Shown: piece after piece, positions 21,265 through 34,359 of the stretch
Layout: each line of letters begins with the position of its first letter
Numbering within the stretch: the stretch's first letter is position 1
Assembly: GCA_004431415.1 (NCBI GenBank)
Contig: QPMI01000535.1
Coordinates: forward strand, 62,001-126,000
Length of the DNA stretch: 64,000 nucleotides
From: Cyanophora paradoxa CCMP329
Taxonomy: Eukaryota; Plantae; Glaucophyta
Direction of reading: 5' to 3'
Made by a program: the position numbers and the translations under genes
Notes under the pieces: generated by a model
Told to the model about the DNA's origin: nothing
Database searches by the model: none
The model's input: only the letters and a program-made list of their open reading frames with translations

Positions 21265-24200
21265 ATGGGACTCTGTTGCTCGTGTTGCAGCGAAGAGAAT
21301 TCGAACCACGCACATGGGCAAACGCCTCTGCAACCGGCGGCCAGCGCTGCGCATGCGCATACGCGCTCAGTCCCTGCATACGGCCGCGGGAATAGCATCG
21401 TACAAGAACAACCGATCGCGATTGTGGATCCAAAGCATGTTACAATGTCTATCAACGTCAATCTTAGCGATACTGCTCAAGTGGCGCATCGCTACAGCAA
21501 GATTGTTCGCGTCTTCCTCTCATCCACATTCGGTGCGGCCGCGGCTTTCTATTAGACGTCTCTTCCGATCCATGCATATATATACGCGCACATGTACATA
21601 TCGCGCATGCGCATAATCTTAACTGCCCCACAGGGGACATGCAAGACGAGCGGCAGGCTATTGTTGACAAGACGATTCCGAGAATCCGCCTGGCGCTTTC
21701 GCGGAGAGGTCTCCAGTTTGTGCCAATCGACTTGCGGTGGGGAATCACTGAAGAGTCTTCAAAAAGTGGAAAGGTGCGAGAACGGAAAGGCCTACGTATA
21801 CGTAGATACGTCTGTGTTTGCAATCGTAGAAAGGCGATAACGATCAAGTTCGTAGACTGTCTATTTGTGCCTGGAGAACGTACAGAATTGCCAGTACTTC
21901 ATCGGATTCCTGGTCAGTCTCGCAATTGGATGCATGTGTATGTGTCGACTGAAAGGAAACTTTTCCACGTATATGCAGAAAGGGAGGTACGGATGGCATC
22001 AGGATCCTCAGAAACAGATCGACACGAGCCTTCAACAGTACGTCGTTCCTTTTGCAGACTACGTATGCATGTGTAGCGCTATTTGCAGACCCAATTAACC
22101 TGCGATCGTAATCAGAAATATAGCGATCTCCTTACGCACTGGCTACCATTTTCTGGAGCAGTACCCAAATCGAAGTGTCACGGAATACGAGATTTTGCTC
22201 GGAGCGTTTGTTGATGAAAACGTGAGCGTATACATGTTAATTGATCATGACATGTCAATTGAGAGAATGCGCAGGGACACCCCAGACTCAAATCGACCAG
22301 TACCAAGTTCTTTTTTGCGAGCCAAGATCTCATAAAACAGGCAGTTGATGCTACCCCACCTGAGAGTCGAGAGGCAAATTATGCAACCGCTCGCCTCGAA
22401 GAGCTCAAGTCCAAGATTCGCAGCGCCGGTTTGCATAATGCTGAGTACTCTGACGCCGATCACCTCTCTGATGCAATCTACTCTTCATTTATGGAGGTGA
22501 GGATCGGATTTTTTCTGTGGGACTGAAAAATTCGATTGACCAAGTGCCACGCATACGCATGCAGATGGCGGATCGAGACTATCCCAAAGCTGTAACCAAA
22601 ACCTGGCTGGAAGAAGAGAGACTTCATCAACAGCAGTATATTGAGAGCTTTCATGTCGGCTATGTTCCCTCCCCAAAGCAGGCAGGATTTCAAGGCCTGT
22701 GTGCCTACGCTGCGAGCAATACGAAAGAAGTGCTTGTCGTGCAAGGAGGTTCAGGATCCGGTAAAACAGGTGAACTTTACAGCAGCATTCAATGATTCGA
22801 ATTTAGCGGAAAACATTGAATTCAAATTGATCATGAGTCTACTTTGCATACGTGCAGCTCTACTTGCAAATTGGATAAAGCAGTATGCAAAAAGCAATCC
22901 TCAAGAAATAATCATATCGTATTTTGTCGGTGCCTCTTCTGCAAGCTGGAAACTCGAAAATGTGTTCAGGTGCTTTCCGCGATTCTTCCTCCGGATCTCA
23001 GTACCTCGCAAATAACACAGAATTCGAACAGATACCTTTATGAGGAGTTAAAGGCTCGATTCGACATAAAAGCGAAGTTAGATTTGTCGAAAACTCTCAC
23101 TGCCGCTACCCACACCCAATCTGAAGAGCGAAAGGACTATCTGCTGAACCAGGTACGCTTACATTGGCGATTCACGGATGCAATCAGCTGATTCGTTTCC
23201 AGAAAATAAAAAACTGGATTTCAACTAACAGGCACATGCTTACCAAAAAGGTAGTAATTGTCATCGACGGCCTGGATGATATAAAAGACGACTCAAAGCT
23301 GGCGTGGCTGTCTCTCGGGGCAAGTCCCAGCATTAGAATTATTCTTTCGGCTTACTCCGAAAAAGGTTCGACAACAATTGTAGATTAAATGCGGCCGCAC
23401 TGCTTTGAATCCGGTTTGAATTGATTCTGAACTACAGAGAGCACGGTCAGGCGATTTACATCCGGATCCGAGCAACGCGTGAGGTCGAAGTTCATCTCCG
23501 TTCAGGAATATGATCGGAACCAGAAAGCGGCAGTGATCAACGAGAATCTACGCATAGCCGGCAAAGACTTGTCACCTGTCCTCAAGGAAGGGCTCATCAC
23601 ATCGGAGAATACTGACAGGCCTCTGTATCTTTTGATGGTACGTGGTATTTTTCTCCTCAACTTGTTCAATAACATTTAATTATGTTCTACAGGTTCTTCA
23701 GCAGCTGAAAGAAAGCCAGAATGTTGTCCATGAAGAGCTTGGACAAGCTTTGCGAGGGCTCTTGCGTTGTGAAGATGAAAGCGCCTTGATAATACAACTG
23801 GTCTGCACGCTCTCCAGCTCGCAGTCCGAAAATTGTTTTATATATAAATACGAGTACGTACGCGATCCAGATCTCCCGGTGGTCAGAACAATATCCAGTT
23901 GGATTAACGAAGCAAGTACTGTGTTGTATATTCGTTTCCGATGATGGATGCGGGCTGCTCGAGAACGAACTCAGGGAGCTCGTCGGAGGTAGCATTTCTC
24001 GAGCTTTCTAACAAACGTGGAATGTTAACAACGCTTTGCACTTTCTCTCAGTTGGAACCAAGATAAGTATGCGACAGTGGGCCGAATTCCTTGCTGTGTC
24101 ATCGGCTATTCTCGAAACCTCGGGTATGAAATATGCCGTTTTTACGCGCACGCTACTCCTTCCTGTGACAACCTCACAGACGACATGGTGAATTTCAATA

Positions 24201-25818
24201 CAAGAGCAGCTCGGTACGCAGTTGAGGAAGCTTACAGTTTGAAGAATGAAGACGACGAGCTCTGCTATCACGAAATGCTCGGAGACCTCTTCTCCAGAAA
24301 AGACGGTTCCAGCTCGATCACGGCTGATCGACGAGCCCGCGAAGGCCTGTTCCATATGAGCAAGACAGGGAACAAAGAAGCACTCGTCTCCATGTTGACT
24401 GATCCGGGCGTGATACTGGAGACAGTCAGCTCTGGGGTTATCGAGGAGGCAAACGAGCTCGAATCGCTCCATGAATTTCATTCGCGTTGCTGGGAAATGT
24501 CCGGAAGAGAAGACGATGCTGCCCGATTGTACATGGAGAGTCTCGAGAGCTACGCGCAGCGCGATCAACCGCCAACAATAGAGCTGGCATCGTGCTACAC
24601 GTCGGTTGGCATCATTCTTCTTTACGGCAAACACGGAGATACGCGGAACACAGAAGCTATTGAGTTCTTTAAACTGGCGATCATGTTATTCGAGAAGGCA
24701 ACTAGCGATCGCAATCTCGATCGCAAGTCCATGTGCTACAAACACGCTTTGGCGTTTCACAACATGTCGATCGCGTATCAGAGCATGAAGAACTACGACG
24801 AAGCACTCAGCCAGGCCCGGGTGCGTCGGCTAGCGTTCGATGCAAAGAAATGTTTTATCATCAGTGCACTGACTAGAAACGTGCAGAAAGCACTTCAGAT
24901 TGTACAGAACGTCAGTACAAACTCTTGGACTGTTGTTTTTTACATCGGCAAAATGGCAGAGATTTACAAGAAAAAAGGGGACTTTGGACAGTCCCTGGAA
25001 CGCTATGAGGTGCCCCCGAGCTGTGTTTCTCGGCGCTAGCGCTATTGCTTTTGATTGCGCCTTTGCGATGGCGGGCTGACAACATGGAGCAGCGAGTTGT
25101 GTCTACCCTTCATCAACTGTACGGAGACATTCGCAATCATCCTGACATAGCGGACTACATCCTGCAGATAGGGAAATGTCTTCTGAAACTTGGTAATCCT
25201 GACGAAGCGTCAGCGAAGTTCGAGGTTTGTCTCTTGATTGTTTCTTTTTAATGGTCAATACTAGCTCTCAAATCAAAGCCTACACCGCCTGGTAACGCTA
25301 AAAACAGGAAGCCTACAACGCGTTCAAGGAGTCTCTTGGAGACGACAGCGAGGAGGCAGCGAAAGCCCTTCACCTGATCGGAAACAGCTATCTGAAGGCG
25401 GGAGACTACCGAAGTGCAGAGAGCTACCTCCAGGTGCGCCATTTAATTATCGTGAGAACTTTGGCAAATACTTTGTGATTCTTTGCGGCAAGCGCGCAAT
25501 TGGCGCATTCCGTTCTCGTGAGGATGATGAGCGGTGCATTAAGTCCATGAAACTGCTCGTCGAACTGTACGACAAGCGCTGCGACAAGAAGGATGCGCGA
25601 AAACGCGAAGATATGAAGCAGGTGCGAATCGCGTTTTATGAAACCGCTCTTGCTAAATTTGCGCATATGCATGCTGATATATTGTCATCACCTTATTGTG
25701 ACAGGAGATTCAGTCGATTTACGACAACCTCGGCCGTCAAGATTCTGATGCGGAGTCTTCGGATGCCGGTGATCATGATGAGGACTCAGACGAAGGGTCT
25801 GACGAAGATGATTCTTAA
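21265..25818 (+). CDS. DUF4062-NACHT(STAND)-TPR protein (NPHP3/TEP1/NWD-like architecture, NLR-like), N-terminally acylated
   Basis: Starts MGLCCSCCS. DUF4062: VRVFLSSTF|GDMQDER...IDLRWGITEE...FIGFL|GRYGW...SVTEYEI. Walker A GGSGSGKT (~22745) and Walker B VIVIDGLDDI (~23260). TPR helices at 24570-25620 (LASCYTSVGIIL, ALAFHNMSIAYQSMKNYDEAL, AKALHLIGNSYLKAGDY). Acidic tail ends at TAA 25818. Confidence 0.9.
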
Positions 25819-28800
25819 TAGAATGCTTTTGTCGCTACAGTAGCATCTAGAGCCCCTGCATTTTCAAACACCGCACATTCAGACAAAGTCGATTCGTAGT
25901 CTAGCTGTAGATGTGCCCAACGTCTTTGAGAGAGAGTAGTGTATTAAGTTGCGATGCCCCTTTGCAATTGAATTCCGCCGTGACTGCGGCGCTCACCGCC
26001 GTCACTGCTGTCATGATGATCACGCTCACCCGCGATGATCACGAGTTGAATCTCGAAGAATGCCCTTGGATGCTGAAAAAGCACTGAGCGTACTGGGTGT
26101 TGAAAGTTAAGGCGCTTGGATGTCCGATCCATTGTTCACGGTAGAATGTTTCCGTAGCTACAATAGCATCTAAAGGCCCCTGCATTTTCAAAACACCGCG
26201 CATTCAGACCAGAGGGCCCCAGCCACGCAGCAGTTGTCCACTTGGATTCAAGGTTCCTCGCTGCTATCTACGGACTACCTCGCTACTGGAAAAAGCTTCC
26301 TGCGGTGTCGCTCATGTCTACTGATGCTGCAGCTGCGCATGGCTAGCATCGCCCCCGGATGGCGCGAGCGGAGGCCCCGGGTACGGCCCCGACGAGGATG
26401 TTGCGTGGCCCGGGGGCGGCCCGTACGGCATAGAAACCACGTACGGGCCGGGGCCGGACGGCGGTTGGGGGAACGGTGCGGGGTACTGGTACTGGGGGTG
26501 CGGGCCCAGCCCCGGGGGCGGCGGGTGGGGGTGGGGTACCGGGCCCGGGCCACCGTAGTGCGGGAACGGGGGGTACGGGGGATGGACGGCACCCTGCGGG
26601 GGCGCGTGGCCCGCCGGCCCCGAGGCCGGAACGTGGGGCGGGGGCGGGAGCTGCGGGGGCGGGAGCTGCGGCCCGGGAACGTACCCGTACCCGTAGGGGT
26701 ACGCCGAGATCGGCACGTGCATGGGCGGCCCGCCGTGCCCGGGAGGGTACGGGTAGTAGACGGGGGCGTGGGAGGCCGGCGCGGGGCCGGGGCCTGCGGG
26801 GCGGTCCCCCTGGCCCGGCGGGGTCGGCGCACCCGTGCCCGGGGCCTGGCCATGGGCGGGCGGGCCGACGGGGATGAGGGGTACGGGCCCGTAGGGCATC
26901 GGCATGTATCCGTACGGGGGCATGGGGAGCATGTACGGGTGGCTCACGGGTACCACGTAGACGGCCGGCCCGGGGGACGAGTGGGCGGGCGCCCCGGGCG
27001 GGGGCGGTGCGGGGGGCGCGGGGAGCTGCGCTGGGGCGTCGCCAGGGGCGCCGCGGGAGGGCGAGCCGCCGGCCAACGGAGGGGCGGGGGCGGCGGGTGC
27101 GGCAGCAGAGCCTGCCCCGCAGCTGCCGGCGGCGGAGGCGGCGCCGGCGCGTGGTGGGGCCCCGCGGGAGAGGCCCCGCGGATCCGGCGCCCGGCGGCGC
27201 CGGCTGCTGCTGCTGCGGGGCGCCTGCGGTGGGGGCGGCGTCCCTTTGCCCTTCCGTGAATCCTCCCCTCCGGCCGCCCGCCCGCCCGCCGTGGTCGCCG
27301 CTGGCTGCTGCTGCTGTTGTTGCTGCGGCTGCTGCTGCGGCTGCTGCGGAGACGGCGCGGGGCGGCCTGGGGCCCGTGCGCGGGTGCCTGCCCGCGGGGC
27401 GGGGCGGCCTGCGGGGCGGCGGCGCCCGCCCGGCCGCCCGCGGCCGGCGTCGGCGGCTGCGCGGCCGCCGAGGGCGAGGAGGCGGAGGGCGCGGGCCCCG
27501 CCGGCGGGGAGGGGCGGCCGGCCCCCGACGAAGACGCCGCCTCCTTCCCTTTGCCCTTCGCCGCCGCGTCCTTCGGCTGCAGCGCAGCCACGCGCGCCAC
27601 CAGCTGCCGGGGGAAGGGTGAGGCCCCGGGCCGGGGGAGGAGGTGGGGGTACTGCCGCTGCAGCTGGATCCGGGGGAGGGGGGGGTGCGAACCGCCGAGA
27701 GGAGGTCGTGCAGCTCGGGGGTACCCATCGACTCGAGCGTCGCGGCGTCGCCCCTGCGGGGGAGGAGGAGGAGCTCGGGTCAGACCTCAAGAGACAGTGA
27801 GAGGTGAACTGAACTGAGCCGAGCCGAGGAGAGCCGAGCTCGGGACAGAGAGCGCGAGGCATCATAGATCTAGAGTCCCCCAGAAGGGGAAGGGGGCGCA
27901 CTGGAGGGCGCCCTTGAGGCGGCGGAGGGAGGCGACGTCGGCGCGGGCGGCGGCGAGGCGGGCGCCCTCTGCCGCCAGCTCCTTCTGCTCGAGGAGAGTG
28001 AGGACGCGGAGAGTACAGCGAGGAAGGCCGCAGAGAGTACGGACCTGCAGCCTCGCCGCCTCCTCCGCCCCCGGCGCCCGCGCCAGCGCCGCCTCCGCCT
28101 CCACCTTCGCCGCCCGCGCCGCCTCCGCCGCCCGCCCCGCCGCCGCCGCCCGCTGCTCCGCCGCCTGCGCCGCCGCTTGCGCTCGCGCCTCCCCGGCGGC
28201 CGCCTCCGCCCGCGCCGCGCGCGCCGCGGCCGCCTCGCGCCGGAGCCGCGCGGCCTCAGCGGCGACGTCGGCCGCGCGCTCCGAGGCGGCGGCGCCGGCC
28301 GCCTGCTCCGCCTCCTCCAGCTCCTGCACGCGGGCCCGCAGGGCGCGCTTCTCCGTTCGGATGGCGCGCAGCTCCTCCGCTGGGGGGCCGTCAGCGATCA
28401 TGATCACGGCGGTCCGAGGGGGAAGGAAGCACCTAGGGCCTCGGCCCGCGCGGCGGAGCGCGGCGAGAGCGGCGCGACGGGCGCGGCTGGCGGGGAGGCC
28501 GCTGCGCTCGCGGCCGCGGGCGGCGGCGGGGGCGACGGGCGGGGGACGGGGGCCGGCGCCTGCCCGGACTGCGGACGGGGGCCGGAGGGAAGCCCGGCGG
28601 GGGCTGCGGGGCGGACGGGGCGACGGGCGCCGCCTCGCGGGGACGCGGGCCGTAGGGGCCGCCGGCGGCGACGGCCGGGCGCCGGACGCGGGCGCGGGCG
28701 CCGGGGGCGGAAAGTGGGATGGGGGCTGGGCGGCGGGAGCGACGGGGGCGGCAGAAACGACCGGTTTCGCGGGGGCAGGGCGGGCGGCGGGGCGGTAGGG

Positions 28801-31692
28801 GGCGTGGCGGCACGGGGCGGGGAGACGCGGGCTGCGGTGTCGGATCCCCGGTGGGGCGGCCGCGCGGCGGCCGCTTGGACACGGGCAGCCAGTGGCCATC
28901 CTCGCCCCCTTCCCCGGCGGCGGAGGCGGAGGCGGGGGCGGTGGCGGCGGCGGGCGGCAGGGGCGGGGGGGTCGCCCGCGGAGGAGGTAGCACCGCGACG
29001 ACGGCGGGCGACGGGGGCGCGACCCGCGGGACGAGGACGAGGAGGAGGACGGGGCGGGGGACGGCGCGCGGGCCCGGCCGCCACGGCGCTGGCGCTGGGG
29101 CGGCCGACTGCGGCGGCGGCGGGCGCGGCCCGCCCCGCGTCGCCTCGACGCGCCTTGGCGGCCTTGGCGGAAGCGGCGCCCCCCGTCGCCGGCTCCGAGG
29201 CGGCGGCGGCGGCGGCGACGAGGCTGCGGAAGAGCTGCTCGCGGCGAGCGTTCGCCTGCGCAAGGAGGAACGGGGTTCAGACGGCTCAGACGGCTCAGGT
29301 GACGGGCGGGGATTGCTCGCCTGAGCGGTGAAGCGCTCGAGGAACCGCTCGCGCCATATGCCCTCCACGAGCTGCGGGACGGGCGGGTCAGGGGGGGGGG
29401 GGGAAGGGGAGAGGAGGCGAGGGGTACAGCGGGCGGACGAGGGCGGCGGCGAGGGCGGAGCGGCGGTGCTGGGCTCGCCACGCGGCGACGTCGAAGCAGC
29501 GGAGGCGCGCGCGGTGCGACCGGCGGAGCGCCGCGCCCAGCGACAGCTGCGGCGAAAGTCGGAGCCGAAGCCCGGGCCCGGGTCAGCTAGGCCGGCGCGG
29601 GGGGTACCCATACAACCCATACAGTTGCGGACCTGCGCGTCGATCCACTCGAGGAAGAGGACATAGTACGCGCGCCAGGCCGGCCGGTTAATCCGCATCA
29701 CGGCCAGCATGCCCAGGAACTGTGGGGCGCGGCGGGCGGGGGGGCGTCGTAAGCGGAGGGGGGCGGGGTAGGCTAGGATAGGCCGTAGGATAAAACAAAG
29801 GTGGGAGGGGGCGCGCCCGCATGCCGATCTCGGCGGGGGTCGAGGGCATGGGGCCCGCCGCCTTCAGGCTCATGATGGCCTGCGCCGGGGCGGGGGCGGC
29901 GCCGATCAGCCCGCGCCGAAGAAAAGCGAGAGAAATGGTAGTAGGGGACCTTGAAGAGGATGGAGCCGGCGCGGGCCGGCCCGACCGGCTCGCAGGCCGC
30001 GGCGCTGGCGGAGAGGCCGAGGAAGAGGTCCGGCGAGAAGGCGGGCCTGCGCACGCAGGCGCTCTGAGCGGGGGGCAAGCAAGGGGAACAAAAGAAGGCG
30101 CGAGAGAAGGCGTACGCACCCCGGGGAGGGCGGCGAGGGGTGCTCCCAGTTCTCGAGCACGGTCGCCAGGGCGTCCCGCACCGGCGCCAGCGCCCGCTGC
30201 GCCGCGGCCGTCAGCCGCCGCGGAGACGGGCCGGATGGGACGGCTTAAGGTTTAAGCCGGATGGACGGGCCGGGCCGGTCGCCGGGAGAGAGAGAGAGAG
30301 AGAGGGAGGGAGAGGGCGGGGAGCGCAGGAAGCAGCGCCAAGGGCGGACCTTCATGGTGGAGAGGCGCCGCGACTGGGCCCGCACGAACGGGTCCGACCG
30401 CTCCCGCTCCCGCTCCCGCGCCGCGCTCCCCTGCCCCGACCCGACCCGAGCCGCGTCAGGACGCTCTGGGGGGTACGCGACGGGCAGGCGGGCGAGCGTT
30501 CACCTGGGCGGAGAGCTCGACGGCGGGCGGCTCCTCGTCCAGCGGCCGCCTGCGGGACCCCAGCTAAGCTCTAGACTGGGGTACGTGGGATGCCGCCGGC
30601 AGGTGGCTAGGCTCTAGTCTAGACCGGAGGGGCGGGGCGGGGCGGACCAGAAGGGCCCGCGGTGGTGGACGGAGAAGACGACCTCCTCGGCGGGGGCGAG
30701 CCACAGCGCCGCCCCGGCGTCCCGCCGCTCTGGCAGCGCGGGGCGGCTTCCCTCCCCTTCCGCCCCCGCTCCGCTCCCCGGGGGGGGCGGCAGGCGGCCG
30801 CCCTCCCACGTCACCCGCCTCCCCGGGATCTGGGGGGGGGGGAAGGGGGGGGAGGAGCGTCGGCGGGGGGCGAAAGAAGGGGGGAGATAGAGGAGAGTCC
30901 GGGTACGCACCACTTCGAGGTTGAAGAGGTAGTCGGGGTCGAGCGCGCTCGCGAGGCGCCGCCGGGCCAGCTCCTGCGGAGGGGGGTACGGGATCAGGGC
31001 CCCGTCGAGCGCCGTGGGAGGGGTACGGCCGGCGGAGGGGTGCGCGCGCGCCTCGTTCACGGTCTCCTCGGGGACGTCGTTCACGAGCGGCTGCGGGCAC
31101 GAGGCACACCGAATCGAGGTCAGAACAGGCGGGGCGGGGCTAGCCGAGCGAGCCGGGGGGACAAGACAAGCGGGCAAGCAGAGAAAGAAGCGAGGGGGCG
31201 GACCTGGTGGAAGAGAGCGGATGCGTCGCGCCCCGCCTGCGCCGCGCCGCCCGTGTCAGTTTGGAGCGCCTCGGCGGCAGGACGAGCGGGTTGGGCGGGC
31301 GGGGGGGCGGGGGGGCGGTCCTGCGCCTGCGCCTGCGCGACGGCCACTGCCATCGCGAGGTCGATCCCCTGCCCCGCCCCGCCCCGCCCGCCCGCGTCGG
31401 CCTCCCGGGGCCGGAGCGAGGGCCGGCCTAGGCCGGGGGGGGTGGGGGGGGGTGGGGGGTGGGGGGGGGGGGGGGGGGGGTGGACCTTGAGGGACTCTGT
31501 GACGGCGGCGCGGATGCGGTCCGCCTCCGCCTCCGCCAGCGCCCCCTCCGCCTCGCACACCCGCGCCCTGCCCGGCGCGAGGCAGGCCCGGCGCGCCGCG
31601 TCAGAGGGGGGGGCAGGGGTGGGATAAATGGGCAGGTGGCGGGCGCCGAGGCTGGGCTGGGCCTAGAACAGGTGCGGATTCGGTCTAGGAGG
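25272..31692. repeat. Segmental duplication copy B (the more complete, probably donor, copy)
   Basis: Colinear with 6385-12428 and embedded in full-length genes on both sides. Confidence 0.95.
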
Positions 31693-34200
31693 GGGGGCGC
31701 GCACCGGGCGCGGGCGAGATCGCGGCCGGAGGCGGCGAGCTCGCCGTAGAGCGAGCGCGCCCCGTCCGGCGAGTCGGCCCCTGCCCGAGCTCAGAAAGGT
31801 CGGGTCTGAGTCCGTGGGAGGCCGGGGGCGCGGCGCGCACCGTGGGGCGGGCCGGCGAGGAGGAACGGGGCGGGCACGGCGAGGCTCGGGTCCGGGGGCG
31901 GGGGCCCGGGCGCGGCGGCGAAGGCGGCGGCCGGCGCGGCGGCGACGAGGCGGGAGGGTCCCCCGGGGCCGGCCCGACGCGGAGGCCCGGGGCCGGGGGC
32001 GCCCGCGTGCGGAGGTACGCCGCCGCGAGCTGCGCAGAGTCTCACTCACTCAGGCGGCCGTTCGGGCTCGCACGAGGCTCGGAATAATCAGAGGATACCT
32101 GGCAGAGGGAGCAGGGGTTGGGGTAGCGGCAGGCGGGGGGGCAGCCGGAGGGGGGTAGGGCGAGGGGGGCGCCCCAGGCGCGCAGTATGACGTCGGCACG
32201 GAAGCGGAAGCCTGCGGGGGCCCGGCGTGAGGGTGGGGCGCGGGGGCGCGGCGGGCGGGCGAGAGGAGACAGAGGCTGGAGTCATCTCCGCGAAGCTAGC
32301 CGGGGCGGAGCGCGGCGGGGCGCGGCGATCGGCGGACGCGATAGCTTAACAGATAGATAGCTGGACGGGGCGGGGCGGGGCGGGGCGGGGCGGGAGACTG
32401 GGGCACGTACGGATGCAATGGCACTGGTAGAGGAGGCCCTGGTACATCTCCCCGTCCGCCTCGATCAGCGCCGGCGACTCGTCCTGCGCGCCCCGCCGGG
32501 CCGGCTCGAAAGCAAGATAGATAGGGCAAGACATATAGATAGGGGCAAGAGCAAGACATATAGATAAGGGCAAGACAGGGGGCCGGGCGGGCGGGCGTGG
32601 CACCTCCTCCTCGGCGGGGGCGGGGGCGGGGGCGGGGGGGCCGGGGGCCTCGAGGGGCCGGAACCCCCCGCACTCGACGACGCCCGTGGAGGGGTCGAAG
32701 ACGACGCGGTCCGGGCAGCCTGCGGGGAGCGCGCGGCGTGAGCTTGGATTTAGATCTCCGCTGGGAGGAAGGATCAGGACGGCGCACCGTTCGCCCGGCC
32801 GCTTATGCGCCCGCGGAAGGCCCCCTGCAGGTCCTGCTCCGTGAAGCGCCTGCGCGGATTCGAACCGGGGGCGGGGCCGGGCGCGGGGCCGGGCGCGGGG
32901 CCGGGGCTGGCACCAGGAGAGGACGACGCGGCCGCCGGAGGGCATGTCGGCCTGGAGGGGCGACCAGGCGTCGCAGACGTGCCGCAGCGGGTTCGCAACG
33001 ATGCGGAACGAGTACTCCGTCCGCGACAGCACCCGCGACCGGTCGATCTGCCCGGCACGGCCGCTTGAGAGGGGAGGGGGGGGGGGGGGGGGGGGAAGGG
33101 GGGGGAGGGGGGGAGGCTGCACCGGTACCTGGTTCCTGTCCCCGTGCTGGTCCACGAAGACGAGGTCCTTGCTACCGAACGCGGCCTGGCGCGGGTTCGG
33201 CTCGGCGCGGCGCCCTTCGAAACGGGCCCCGGGGGGATTCGAACCTGGCTCTTGAAGATGAAGGCCCCGCGGCTGGCGCGGCACTCGACGCTGAAGCGGG
33301 CGCGGGAGGCGAGGGTGCCCTCCGCCTCGCCCTCCCGGAAGAGGCGGGGATCGAAGGGGGGTACGGGCTCCCAGCCGAGCTCCAGGTCGTTGTCCATGTC
33401 GAGCGAGAGGCGGCAGTTCAGGCGGTCCGACTGCGCGCGGCGCCGGCGTCAACAGCGTCGGCGGCGGCGCAGCCGAGGGCGCCCGGGGGGCGCTCGAGCG
33501 GCGCTCGGGCGGCGGGGCGGACCATCGGGGGCCCGTCGTAGTGGTTGAGGAGCTCGTGGCAGGAGCCGAGGATGGATACGCTGAGGAGCGGAAGCAGCGA
33601 CGAGGGGTCCGGGCACATCGGCTCCGCGGCCTCGTCGCCCCCAGCGGCGCCGGCGGCGGCGGCCGACGAGGACGAGGACGAGGAGGACGAGGCGCGGAGA
33701 GCGATGTCGAGCACCTGCCGCGCCCGCTGCGCGTCGACCCCGGTCCTGCGCTCGATCTCGCCGAGCATTTCGTCCACCGGCATCGCCCCCTCGGACGCCA
33801 GGAACCGCTGCCGCTCGCTCTCGCTCAGCGTCGCCCACTCCTCCCGCAGGTTCTCGCAGACGGCCGAGACCGGGTCAGGGCCTGAATGGTGCGATCAGAG
33901 ACATGCATCGCCACGCCAGAGAGCGTGTCCTGCGCCGTGCAACCGAGCGGACCTTTTCGCAATCGATGCTCTTTTGCCCCGGTTGCGCCGGCGCGCCCGC
34001 GGCTCGGTCTCGCCTTATTCGCGCCGCCATTCAATGATTGGGAGCGTCGCCTTTTGCGTTCAGCGCGACCATCAGCTGGATCATCTCCCGCTTCTTCGCG
34101 TCGGACGCCGTCCGAGCGGGACGGGGCCCTGGGAGCGCAGTCAGACAATCGTTCGCACCGAGCGAACCGCGTCGGGAATATGCCCACCGCTGTCGGCCAT
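26318..34200 (-). CDS. Large multi-exon protein of unknown function: globular N-terminal exons, Ala/Glu coiled coil, Gln- and Pro/Tyr/Gly-rich tail
   Basis: Chain of short exons (VCENLREEWATLSESE..., DMDNDLELGWEPVPPFDPRLF, RTEYSFRIVANPL, ALDPDYLFNLEV, YYVLFLEWIDAQ, RARVQELEEAEQ...) ending HAQLQHQ-stop at 26318. The start near 34200 is uncertain and this may be two genes. Apparent indels in the GC-rich tail may be assembly errors. Confidence 0.6.
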
Positions 34201-34359
34201 TCCGCCGTCTTCGCCTGCAGGGGTACGCTGCACGATTCCGGCTTGGTTTAGCTGTCGATTACCGCAGCTGGCGTAGCGCAAACTCCCAGTACACACTCAC
34301 AGCACACAGTCTCAGCAGAGCGCCCGGGCCCGGAGGTCGCTTTTGGTGACGCTCGCTTG

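Noticed and set aside
26900-27400. Programmed frameshifting in the tail of the minus-strand gene
   Set aside because: Frame changes fall in G/C runs and differ between the two copies, which fits assembly indels or decay better.
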